From Felis catus (lineage: Eukaryota), in contig NC_058375.1 in NCBI RefSeq assembly GCF_018350175.1, positions 2,046,001-2,110,000 on the forward strand: a DNA stretch of 64,000 nucleotides, given 5' to 3'. This document shows positions 40,500 through 51,986 of the stretch, in pieces. The translations under genes were made by a program, and so were the position numbers. The notes below the pieces were generated by a model, which searched no databases, was not told the origin of the DNA, and saw nothing but the letters and a program-made list of their open reading frames with translations. Numbering within the stretch: position 1 is the stretch's first letter; each line of letters opens with the position of its first letter.

Positions 40500-41014
40500 C
40501 CGCGCACGGAGGAGCCCAGCGCCGGTGGGGGCGGGAGGGCCGCCCGGGGTGTCGGGAAAATGCGGCGTCTGGGGGGTGGGATGGGGTGGGGCGGGGGGAG
40601 CAAGGCGTCGGGACGCGGAGCCTGCTTGGCTGCCTGCCCTCGCTCCCGCGCGCCCTCGCCCGCGGCCCCCAAGCTGGCCGAGGGTCGCGGTGCCCATCTC
40701 GCCTGCGTCCGGCCCGGGGTAGGCGGCCCAGCGGGCTCCGCAGGGGCGACGCGCGCCAAAAGGCGGCGGGAAGGAGGCGGGGCAGAGCGCGCCCGGGACC
40801 CCGACTCGCACGCGGCCAGCTGGGGGGGCGGGGCGCCGGCGGCCACCTCGGCCTCGGCCCGGCCCCGCCGCCCGCGCTCCTCCCGCCGCGCTGAGCGGCC
40901 CGCGCTGCCTTCCCGCCCGGCCGGCGGCGCCAGGCGCTAACTTCCGCGGCCGCCCCTGCCCGCGGCGCCTCCCCTCCGCGCGCGCATATAACCCGCCTGG
41001 GCCGCCCGTGCCCG
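40500..41014 (+). promoter_or_regulatory. TP73 P1 (TA) promoter: TATA element 40987-40991, canonical E2F site GCGCGCCAAA 40751-40760, GC boxes
   Basis: Motifs read directly; the TAp73 promoter is an established E2F1 target; CpG-island context. Confidence 0.8.
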
Positions 41015-41074
41015 CCGTGCACCCACTGCCGGGCCGGCTCCGGCGTCGATGCCCCCGGGCTCCGACTGCATCAG
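41015..41074 (+). other. TP73: TP73 exon 1 (5' UTR; 5' boundary approximate)
   Basis: Follows CATATAACCCGCC TATA element; ends ...gactgcatcag|gtagga, resembling the human TP73 exon 1 end as recalled. Confidence 0.75.
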
Positions 41075-43331
41075 GTAGGAAGCGCCGCGAGCCCGCGCGA
41101 GGGGGCCTGGGCGTGGCGCCGCGCGGCCTGCGGGGGCCGGAGCGCGGGGCTGGGGGGCACACGGGCTCAGAAGCTAGGGGTTGCGAGGAGGGGGCGAGCG
41201 TGCGGGAGCTGGGAGAGAGGATGACGTGGGGCACCCCTCCGGGGTCCGACCGGCCCCTGGGACGCCGCGCGGGTGGCAGGGAAGTGGCCGGAGTTCAGCC
41301 CGCGAGGAGATGGGGGGAGGGGGGGGCCTGCCAGCAGTGGCTCTGGGGGGAGGAACAGCGTCGCTGGGAATCCCGGAGGGCCTACCTCCAGCTGACCCCT
41401 CTCCACCCCAGCGTCTGAGGGGAGGCTCCGAAGGTGACGGGGAAGAGGCCGGGTCGGAGTGCAGGTGCCGATGGAAGTTGGTGAGCGTCCCTGTCGCTGA
41501 CAAGCTCCTCCCCGCCGGTGCCCTCTCGCTCCGTCTGCACCCAAGAGGGCTGTAGAAATCCGGCCGCGTTACTCCCCACTTCCCCGAGGCTGAGACCCAG
41601 TGCTCCCCTGGACCCCGGCGCTGGGCGTGACCACCAAGCCACATCCATGGGGCCAGTCACTAAAGAGCCAGGGTTCCAGAGAGACATCTCCAGGTGGTTC
41701 CGAGCTGGCCAAGGGTGCCTGGTCTGTTTTCTGAGCCTGTTTCAGGAGGAGCAGAGTCAGGCCCCCGGCCCACCCTGGGGAAGCAGCTCCTCTGCCCTGG
41801 CTCCCTGGCTCCCTACCCTCCTTCCCTCGCATCCACTGTCCTTTCAGCCTTTGGAGGGAGGGAGCTATCGTTACCTTCTTACTCAGCTTGCATTTTTGTC
41901 TGGTCCCTAACCGGATATGCAGAAAGTGTGCACATGGCGACATAAATAGACGGGTGACAGGTAGACCATTGTCAACCAGCAAGGGACCAGGGAGACAGTG
42001 CATGGTTAACTTCTGACTGGAGGTCAATCGGTCCCAACGATTGTTTATTAAATCACTGGACATTTGGGAACCGTTAGCACAATGGTTTGGTTCTGTTTGC
42101 TCTCGTTGTTGCTGTTTATTTGTATAGACTTCATAATCACCTTTGGAAGAAGAGGAGTACAGAAATGTATCGCATTCCCGGGCTGGGGTCTACTGTTAGG
42201 TCCAGCCACCCATCTTTTGATTTACCCATTAAAGATAAAAAGGCATTGCATTGAGAACAATTTGAGATTTTGCAACATGCAGATTCACGGATTGTGTGTG
42301 TGATTTTAAAAATAAGAGGCTGCGGGGCTGTGCCTGCTCAGCGGCCTGTCGGCCGGGGCTGCCGCAGGTGAGCTGGCCCGGCAGCTGGCACTTGTAGATT
42401 GTCCGCAGTGCTTATGCCCTACTCGCTGTCTTTCTAGTGAAGGCCATGGGGAACAGGGTCGTCTCCAATTTCTGAAGGGTAGCCCATGGGAAGGCCAGTC
42501 TGAGACAGAGATTAAGCAGGGGGATGTGGAAGTCAGAATGCTGGGGTTCGAATCCCCTCTCCCCAATTACAAGGCAATGCCTGTCTTTCACGAAGTGGCT
42601 CAAAAGTGATGGCGGATGGTTCCAGGTGCCGCTGCCCAGCTGGGAGAGCCAGGAGCCGGGGCGTGGGGGCAGCTCTGGGGCGGCCAGCAGGTCTCCCCTG
42701 GGAGGGAATGGAGTGGCTGGCATCCAGGCAGGAATCTGCCCAGGGCTTGGGCGGAGGCTGATGGCCCCAGTCAGGGGCACTGCCTCCAGGATGCCTCGGT
42801 TCGGGATTTATTTATAGAGTATGCCCCACCCACATCTGGGAGTGGATTTGTAACATTGAGCACAGGCGAAGACACAGCTAGGGTGGAGGTGGAGAGCCTG
42901 AGGACATAGGGAGAGAGGCAGACATTCACCCCCCGGGTTCTGATACCTGAAAGGGAACCATCTCATCTCATGGGTGGGAGGGTGGGTGGGGGCGGCATGT
43001 TCATCCACGTGGGAGACAGTTTCGAGGGGAATTTACCCTTTAGATACTTGTATGAAAGANNNNNNNNNNNNNNNNNNNNNNNNNNNNNNNNNNNNNNNNN
43101 NNNNNNNNNNNNNNNNNNNNNNNNNNNNNNNNNNNNNNNNNNNNNNNNNNNNNNNNNNNNNNNNNNNNNNNNNNNNNNNNNNNNNNNNNNNNNNNNNNNN
43201 NNNNNNNNNNNNNNNNNNNNNNNNNNNNNNNNNNNNNNNNNNNNNNNNNNNNNNNNNNNNNNNNNNNNNNNNNNNNNNNNNNNNNNNNNNNNNNNNNNNN
43301 NNNNNNNNNNNNNNNNNNNNNNNNNNNNNNN

Positions 43332-43496
43332 GCTCAGTCGGTTAAGCGTCCGACTTCGGCTCAGGTCGTGATCTCACGGTTCATGGGTTCGAGCCCCGCG
43401 TAGGGCTCTGTGCTGATAGCTCAGAGCCTGGAGCCTGTTTCAGATTCTGTGTCTCCCTCTCTCTCTGCCCCTCCCCCACTTGCACTCTGTCTCTCT
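43332..43496 (+). mobile_element. CanSINE between N-gaps
   Basis: gctcagtcggttaagcgtccgacttcggctcagg. Confidence 0.9.
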
Positions 43497-43939
43497 NNNN
43501 NNNNNNNNNNNNNNNNNNNNNNNNNNNNNNNNNNNNNNNNNNNNNNNNNNNNNNNNNNNNNNNNNNNNNNNNNNNNNNNNNNNNNNNNNNNNNNNNNNNN
43601 NNNNNNNNNNNNNNNNNNNNNNNNNNNNNNNNNNNNNNNNNNNNNNNNNNNNNNNNNNNNNNNNNNNNNNNNNNNNNNNNNNNNNNNNNNNNNNNNNNNN
43701 NNNNNNNNNNNNNNNNNNNNNNNNNNNNNNNNNNNNNNNNNNNNNNNNNNNNNNNNNNNNNNNNNNNNNNNNNNNNNNNNNNNNNAAAAACAAAATNNNN
43801 NNNNNNNNNNNNNNNNNNNNNNNNNNNNNNNNNNNNNNNNNNNNNNNNNNNNNNNNNNNNNNNNNNNNNNNNNNNNNNNNNNNNNNNNNNNNNNNNNNNN
43901 NNNNNNNNNNNNNNNNNNNNNNNNNNNNNNNNNNNNNNN

Positions 43940-44055
43940 AAAAACAAAATACAAAATAAAATAGAAAATAAAACAAAATATAAAATAAAATAGAAAATAA
44001 AATAAAATAACAAAATAAAACATAAAATAAAATATAAACTAAAACAGAATAAAAT
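43940..44055. repeat. Degenerate (AAAAT)n microsatellite adjacent to N-gap
   Basis: Read directly. Confidence 0.85.
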
Positions 44056-45419
44056 GAGGGGGGGAAAAAAGACGTCGCCCACACGGTGAACCTCCGGTTT
44101 GCCAGAAAGGCAGAAACATTTTCCAAGTGGGTTTCTTCCGTCCGGCCCCCATGAAAGGGGAACGTATGCCTTTATTTCCCAGTTTGGGTATTTCTGTGGG
44201 AGTGACGAGTCAATGTTTTTAAAACATGTCACGTTCTCATGTATCACCTTCATAGAGCAGGAAAGGGGAAAGGAGCAGATGGCATCTCCCTGGCCACCCT
44301 AGGGGTCTTCTCTCCAGGTGGGACCGGCTTTCTTATGGACCGGTTCCCCCTCCCCCTCCCCGCCTACCCCTGCCGAGTGCGTCCAGGTCCTGCCCGGATT
44401 TCTTTCACAAACGCAGAGGACACATCAAAACACACAACCACGTCTCCTTGACAAGTTGCCTCTGAAGCAAGTTACGCGGGACGCCTGGCAAGTCCTTTCC
44501 TTGTGTGTTAGGTAGAGGAAGGTGGATTCTGGTTTCTAGAAAAGTTCCCTCTGCTCGCTGGGCTTCAAGTTAAAGACACGTCATGGCCAGGTGGGCTCCA
44601 AGAGACAAGCACAAGTGGTTATAAACTTTCCATGTGTCCCCCCTGTCGCCCACCCCCCCACCGCCCCACCTCTGCCCACTCTGACCAGGATTCCTTAGCA
44701 GAGCAGACATTTGCTCATCAAAAGTGCTTTCTTTTCCGGGACACGCTGCCCTAAATCAGAGACCCAAAGAGAAAAAAAAAAAAAAACTTCAGCCAAACAA
44801 GTCTTGGTTGGACACCTGTGATAATACCTAACATCGAGCGGTGGCTCAAGCTGGGACTGAGCTGAATGCTCGGTACATTCTTTCCCTGTACTCCTCACAG
44901 CCCGCAGACTGGGTGCTCGCTTACAGAGGGGAGGTGGAGATGTCGAGACTCGGCGCTTGCCCAAGGTTACAAACAGCAGGGTGCAGGAGTCGGGGCTCCA
45001 GGGCAGAGAGCTCAGCCGGGACTGGAGCCGCGGGGCTCCGCCACCCGTGCGGCGACCTCAGGGCACCGCCCGACCCTGGTGCTGCGGGACCATCTAAACC
45101 GGAATGTAGGGATGCTGTGACCTGCGGTGGGGAAAGACGAAACCTTTCTTTGTATCATTTCTGCAGCATGAATTTCAGCATCCCGTCCGATTGTGGACGT
45201 GACAGCAAACCCCTATTTTAGTGGCGCCTGTGACTTTTTCTGTGAGAGGAATCACCGATGTTTTCACCGTGCATCACAGTGGCCGTAGAAATTGAAAAAT
45301 TTCGTTTCTGCTTGTCACCAAGTTGAAATGAGGAGTTATGAGACCCGCGGTGGGACCTTGTCATTTCATGCGTAAAGAAACACGTCCAGATTTAAGTCAC
45401 AAATTTTCGTTTTGATAGC

Positions 45420-45540
45420 TGTGGTGGTTTTCTGGAGCACCGACCGTAACAGATTACAGAGACTGGGCGGCTTAAACAACAGAAACTTACTCTCTCTGGG
45501 TCTGGGGGCCAGAAGTCTCAAATCAGGGTGTGGCTGTGAC
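45420..45540 (-). mobile_element. MLT1-type LTR fragment
   Basis: ccgtaaca.attac..agactgggcggcttaaacaacagaaa...gccagaagtc. Confidence 0.65.
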
Positions 45541-47117
45541 TGCTTGGCGGGGGGGGGGGGGGGGGGGGGGGGGGGACAGGGGGGCAGAGCCTGAGAGGGC
45601 CGTCCTGATCTAGGTGAGTTCCCAGGGTGTTCATGTGTATGGGAGCTGTGGGCCCGCCTGCCTCCCCGTCTCCCTAGGGAGGCCCTAGCCTTTCCCTCCT
45701 GTGAGCTGCCCACGAGAACTCACCTGGGATCCCCGGAGGGCAGGATTCCCCAGGGAAGGCTGGTCCAGCCCCCTCCCGCCCTCACCAGGCAGGCACAGAA
45801 CACCTGGGCACTGCCCGTCCGGCCGTTCCAGCAGCCAGGGTGCGGGGCCCGAGCGCGCAGGGCCAGGCTGGGAACCCGGTGCAGCCAGGGACATCTCTCC
45901 TTTGTGATCCTGCTCAGAGTGGCTGCGTGCAGGAAGTTCCTGTCCCTGATGCCCGCCCAGCACCAGCTGGTGAATCGCTCCCTGTGGCCCTGGATGCCTG
46001 TGGGGAGGGGGCAGGGGCTGTAATTGCTCACCTGCTGCTCCGAGGTGCCAAGCCCTGGGGGAGGGGGCGGACATCTGGGGAAGCCTCTGGCTAATTGGGC
46101 AGGTGGCTTCTTCCTGGGGGAGGTGGGGGGGGGGGGTTGCACCGGTTCCTTTAAAATGGGCAGGGAGGATGTCCCCTCACCCCTCCTGCCCCGTCTCCTG
46201 GGATTTTAGAGGTGACTTCCTGGGTTCTGTTTCCTCCATTGGTCTGCACCACAGGAGCAAGATGCAGAGGTGTGGCTTCTGAGGCTCACCTGGGCCGTGC
46301 ACACTCTGGCGGGGCTGGGTGGGGGCGGGCGGAGGGGGAGGGACGGGTCCTGGCGTGGGTCCTGCCCTCCCGCCAAGCGACGCCGAGTAGAGGGGGCGTG
46401 AGGATTGTGGGCCACCCGCCACAGAGACAGGCGTCACTTTTGCAGAGGTGGCAGCCGTCACGAGGGAAAGCTCCTAAGTGTGGGCGCACAGTTAAATAAA
46501 CAGACCCGAACGGTGCTTCCCCAGACCGCGTGCTCTGGCACCTGCCCTATGCAAATGTGGGTCTGCGTTAGGGAGCGCGTGAGGGCCACTAGGCATTGGG
46601 GTGTAAATCGAGGCCGCTCCACGTCGAACCGCTGTGATCCGCACCGTCTCAACTGCCCGCTCCCTCTTCCTGGCCGTTTTCTGCTTCCCGCTGGCCCCGA
46701 CCACCAGCAAAACCCCGTAATTAGGCATCTCTTGTCGGGTTTTTTTTCTTTCGGAGGAAGGCAAGCCTCAACTTGCTTCTGGGTTCTTAATTTTTGATCA
46801 GGGATGCTCCTTGACTAATTATTTGGCAGTAATGAGGGAGGAGGCATCGAGGGGGGGACGTCTCCCTGAGCTTTCAGACCAAGCCGTAAATGTAAGGATG
46901 AGGCATTTGGTAAACAGGACGCTAATTGGATTAATGCGAAATAATGAGTTCTAGTGAAAATAACAGAAAAGACGATTGTAAGATTGAGGTCAAGGTAATT
47001 CCAAGAACACTGTCCAAACCTCCCTCTGGTCGATTTGATCTCTGAAAATATTTAGAATAAGACAAAGAGTCTACTCTCCACGGTGAGTAGGAGAGTAATT
47101 TCTGGACAGCATGTTTT

Positions 47118-47366
47118 ATTTATTTTTTTTTTAATTTTTTTTTAACGTTTATTTATTTTTGAGACAGAGAGAGACACAGCATGAACGGGGGAGGGGCAGA
47201 GAGAACGGGGGAGGGGCAGAGAGAGAAGGAGACACAGAATCGGAAGCAGGCTCCAGGCTCTGAGCCATCAGCCCAGAGCCTGACTCGGGGCTCGAACTCG
47301 CGGACGGCGAGATGGTGACCTGAGCCGAAGTGGGACGCTTCACCGACTGAGCCACCCAGGCGCCCC
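47118..47366 (-). mobile_element. SINEC_Fc-type CanSINE, young
   Basis: Perfect TSD tggacagcatgtttt. Confidence 0.93.
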
Positions 47367-47994
47367 TGGACAGCATGTTTTAAAACAAGAAAGGCTCAAG
47401 GGGAGTGGCACGGGGTAAAGGGCTGGGAACCCTGGCCGGCTGCTTTTCCAGAGTTTCCGGGACTGTCTGGCCCCAGATCAGTGTGAGTGACCAGCAGAGC
47501 TTGAGTTACTGACTTTCTCCTTCTTCCAGTCGCTGTAGTGAAAACCCCTCCGTTTGCTTTGTCTCTCCAACTCCCTTCTCTGGCGGCCAGGACAGCCCTG
47601 CCAAATCCAAGAGGCCGGGTATGGACCAGTGCTTTGCCCTTTGTGACCTTTCAAATTTCATGCTATTCAAAGGCATTCCATTGACGAGAGTTCTTGATGG
47701 TAAAAGGTGACAAAATCATGGTGAGGGTGGCCCTGCTTAGGAACCGGCTAGAAGGGGGCTCAAATCCACCCCAGATGTGCTACTTAGTCATGTGATCTTG
47801 CAAAGCTTGGCTTTTGTAGGATGAGAGGAAGAAATGTCTTCCCAGAAACACTGTGGTCCCAGAGCGCCGCCCACAGTCCCTCATCTGGGCCCCTCATCTG
47901 GGTGTCATACTGGGGGCCACTGGTGTTTCAGAATTCAGATTAAAGGAAGAATACTTTAGAAGAGTAGCACAGTACCTGCATCTTGTATTAAAAA

Positions 47995-48208
47995 ATTTTT
48001 TGAATGTTAATTTATTTTTGAGAGAGAGAGAGAGAGACAGAGCGTGAGTGGGGGAGGGGCAGAGAGAGAGGGAGACACAGAATCTGAAGCAGGCTCCAGG
48101 TTCTGAGCTGTCAGCACAGAGCCCGACATGGGGCTTGAACTCACGGACCGTGAGATCATGACCTGAGCTGAAGTCGGACGCTCAACCGACTGAGCCACCC
48201 AGGCCCCA
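47995..48208 (-). mobile_element. CanSINE
   Basis: Body motifs; flanking atcttgtatt repeat. Confidence 0.88.
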
Positions 48209-49319
48209 CCACCCATGAATCTTGTATTTTAGAAACACCACCAAGGGGTTCGATGGAAACACCCTGCAGTCCGGCTCTCCCCCGTTCCTGCAGCAGAGTG
48301 CCAATGAACGTTTACACTGAGTGGGTTTAGAGTTTGCATCTGCCCAGCGGAGTCAGCCCCAGATGGAGGGAAAGAACTCCCAGTTTTCTGAGCTCTCCGG
48401 ATTCCCAAAAACGTACGGAAGTGAGGCTAGGCTGTATTCCACTGAAGACTTAATTTGCGCATTCATTCATGGCTCGTGTGTGAGGGGGTGCCCACCCTTT
48501 CCCTGCAGGGTCTGAGCAGGCAGGTGGGGGCCACACCCAGGACCCACCAGACCTTGGCACCCTGCCGAGGGCCTGGGAGTGGGCTTTGCTTATGGGGGTG
48601 GGGGGTGTGGGGATGGGTCTTGACAGTGGGATGGGGTGGGGGGACAGCTGGGGGGCAAGAGAGCCCGTCCCCACGGCTCCAGCAAGCCCCTTCCCTCGAC
48701 GTTTGGAAACCTGCACTCAGGAGGGCGGGTGGTCGGACACCTGATGCTCAGGAGACAGGAGCCCAGTGACGGCCTTGAACCGTGAAAAACAGAAACAGAC
48801 ACGGGAAGTACGCGTGCCGCCCGGGTGCGCCTGGAGGAGGCGGCTCGGTCACGCGATTTGTGCGGGGTTTATTTCCAGCCTCTAACCGCCCCACGTTGGA
48901 GAAGTCACGCGACCTCCGCGCCTCCCTTTCCTGGGCTGTAAGATGGGGTCAGTAGTTTTTCTCGTGGGGCTGATGTGAGGGCCTGGGACTAGGGCCTGTA
49001 AGACACTCAACACGGTCCCCGTGCAGAGAAAGCCGGGTGTCAGGCTGGAGCAGAAGGCGTCCCGGCCTGTGCGCTGCCTTGTGGCCGCTGTTTCGCTTTC
49101 GAGCACGTTTCCGGGGTCTCGTCCTTGCGAAGCAGGGGTGGCTGGTAAACGTGAGGGAGCAGGAGGCGCAGAGGCGAGGGAGGAAGGGCGGCTGAGCAAA
49201 CAGCCACCAAGGTCCCCCCGCCCGACCGCAGAGAGGCGCGCCCTGTGTCTCCCCTGCAGAAGCGGGACCTTCCAACTCAGGAATGAGTAAATGCCGACCC
49301 TGGGCCTTCTCCTGGAAGA

Positions 49320-49760
49320 GTGAGGGCCCCCCAGGCACCCGTGTCCTAAGGCCCCAGACCTCTGGTCATGTTATTCACGTGGCCAAAGGGACAGTGACTC
49401 AGTCGGGGACCTGGAGGTGGTGATGACCCTGGAGCGTCCAGCTAGGCCCATGGCATCACACAGGTCCCTGTAACATAGAGGCTGGAGGGTCGGGGACAGA
49501 GGGGGCCGTGGCCGTGGAAGCAGAGGCTGCAGGCGTGGGCTCTGAATCTGCAGGAAGGGGCCTCGAGCCGAGGGACATGAGCACCCTGGCCGCTGGAAGA
49601 GGCCGGAAGTAGGAGGAAGCAGCCCTGCCACCATCTTGATTTTAGGCCCACGAGACTCCCCACACTCCGGGCTCCGGAACCCTGAGAGAGTGCGCGTGTG
49701 GCCACACGGACGGAGCCTCGGGTGACGTCCTGCTCTCATCCTGCTCGAAAGACACCCAGG
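49320..49760 (+). mobile_element. MLT1-type MaLR LTR
   Basis: tggaagcagagg, gagccgagg, gcagccctgcca.catcttgattttaggccc..gagac motifs. Confidence 0.65.
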
Positions 49761-50894
49761 CCCTGGGCCAAGGTTCACACCTGGACCTCGCTAATGAACA
49801 TCGGGCCCTGGCCTAGGCAAGAGCGTCCCGGGAAGGGCTTTCCAACAGGGTCTTGTGGTGGCAGGAAGTTGTGTAGGAATGCTCGTCCGGCTCCCCACTG
49901 AGCACCCCAAGCTGGTGGCCGTTCTCACTGCCTCGACTGTGTCCAGAGGCCCGTCTGACACCATCACTCAGGGCCACCCACCCGCCTTTGGTCTCAGACA
50001 GGGCCGTCGGGGGCTGTGGCAAGGGTTCTGTGAGCCCTAAGTGTTCAGGGCTGTGTGTCCACCACCCAGCTCAGAAGGCAGGGCCCCAGCCTCCCGAGTC
50101 AGGCCGTCCGTCTCTCTACAGGGGATGGGCTGGGAAGGAGGGCGTGCCAGGAGGTCACCCCCACAGGAGCCCTGGTGATGAGATCTCAGGCCATGAGATC
50201 TCATGGGCCGGGTGGGGAGGGACCCCCCCAGGGTCGCATGGCTTCAATGAGGGCCGCTTCCCAGACGTGCAGGTCACGGCACCTACCTGCTGTGGTCAAC
50301 AGCCGGCCGTGGGCAGCCTGGCATTGCCCGCTGGCTGCTTTGCCTCTTTTCCAGGACCAGGGAACACCTCCCTCCCGCCACCACCCACTGTCCCTGCGTG
50401 GCCACGATGCCTCACACCTGCAGGCGTGTGCACACGCACACAGGACTCCCGCAGCCCCATCCCACGCCTGACACACGGGCTGCACACGGACGCGGGCTAT
50501 TCTGCAGAAATGTGTCCGTGTTCAGCAGGAGTCGGGGAGCCCACAGCCGCAGGCCGACGCTTCCCCAGGAACAGTCAGGGAGCAGAGCCCCTTGCCCTGG
50601 GTGGCCGCCTCCCTCCCCCCCCCCCCGCCCTCCCAGGGAGTCCAGGTGAGAGCACCCTGGCAGCGTCCCTCAGAAGTGTGTGCGTGCGTGTGTGCTGTGT
50701 CCCTGAAGGGCGAGGGCTTTGGCTCCCGGGTCGGCCGCATCTTCAGTTTCCATCCAGCCCGGAGACCTTACCCTGCAGGGTACCCTGCCCCCCCGCCGAG
50801 GGTTTCTTCCCAGACTCCACAGGGCCGCGGGGTCTGCTCCAGGGGCTCCAGGAAACCACTGCAAACAACGTTCCCCCAACTTGTGTTACGTGAA

Positions 50895-51290
50895 ACTGGA
50901 TTGGTCTCCTGTTGCCGCTGTAACAAATTACCACAAATTCAGCGGCTTAGAGCCCTGTGGATTTGCTTTCCCCATAGTTCCGGAGGTCAGAAGCCTGAAA
51001 TCCGTCTTTCTGGGCTAAAATCAAGGTGCAGGCGCGGGGTGCTCCTGGAGGTTCGAGGGGGAGAATGCATCCCTTGACTGTTCCAGCTTCTAGAGGCACC
51101 TGCACTTCCTGCCTCGTGGTCCCTTCCTCCCTCTGCAAAGCCAGCAGGTCAGCACCTGTGCACCCCCCTGACCTGCTGCCTCCCTCTAACCAGGACCCTG
51201 TGGTTGTACTGGGTCCCCCCGCCCAGGACAAGATGCCTCCGCCCCTGGATATGTCCGTTAATCCTGTCCGCATGGTCCCTTCTCCTGTCA
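50895..51290 (-). mobile_element. MLT1-type MaLR LTR
   Basis: gctgtaacaaattaccacaaa...ttccggaggtcagaag..tgaaat...gggctaaaatcaaggtg...ttccagcttctagagg. Confidence 0.8.
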
Positions 51291-51422
51291 GGTGGTTTGA
51301 GCTTTCTATGCTGCTGCCTGTGGTGGGGGAAGGAGGGGCAGTGAGTGGTGACACAGGTTAGGGCCCCAAATCTGGGCTTCCTCAGGGTCCTTCTGGCCAG
51401 TTGTTAAAAACATGTGCTTGGA

Positions 51423-51986
51423 GCGCTATCGACAATAGCCAAACTATGGAAAGAGCCCAAATGTCCGTCGACTGATGAAGGGATAAAGAAAATGTGGTTT
51501 ATGTATATGGTGGAATATTACTCGCGACCAAAAAGGATGACTTCTTGCCATTTGCAACAACGTGGATGGACCTAGAGTGTATAATGCTAAGTGAAAGAAG
51601 TCATACAGAGAAAGGCAGATACCATATGTTTTCACTCCTATGTGGAATTTAAGAAACAAAACATGATCATAGGAGAAGGGAAGGAAAAGCAATATAAAAA
51701 CAGATACAGAGGCAAATCATGAGAGACTCCTAAATACAGAGAATGAACCGAGGGTTGCTGGCGGGGTGTTGTGGGGGGATGGGCGAGACGGGTGATGGGC
51801 ATTAAGGAGGACACTTGCTGAGATGAGCACTGGGTGTCATATGTAAGTGATGAGTCACTAAATTCTCCTGACACCATTAATACACTTGATGTTAGCTAAC
51901 CTGGATTTAAATTAAAAACAGATCAATAAATAAATAACCCCCAAGATCTAGGTGCTAGGAAAAAAAGAAAGAAAGAAAGAAAGAAA
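51423..51986 (+). mobile_element. 5'-truncated carnivore L1 (ORF2 end + 3' UTR) in TP73 intron 1
   Basis: Homologous to about 25098-25540 of the full-length L1 in this window (acaatagccaaa..tgga..gagcc.aaatgtcc); A-rich tail; GTGCTTGGA at both flanks. Confidence 0.9.

Larger units (their letters stand above)
38250..41500. promoter_or_regulatory. CpG-island complex of the divergent WRAP73/TP73 promoters, interrupted by an AT-rich segment at about 38870-39190
   Basis: High CpG density by eye; flanked by the two first exons. Confidence 0.8.

Noticed and set aside
40022-41234. 290-aa and 294-aa ORFs across the TP73 promoter
   Set aside because: CpG-island stop-codon depletion; Arg/Gly/Pro-rich.
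43381-44253. ORFs spanning N runs and (AAAAT)n
   Set aside because: Artefacts of assembly gaps and simple repeats.
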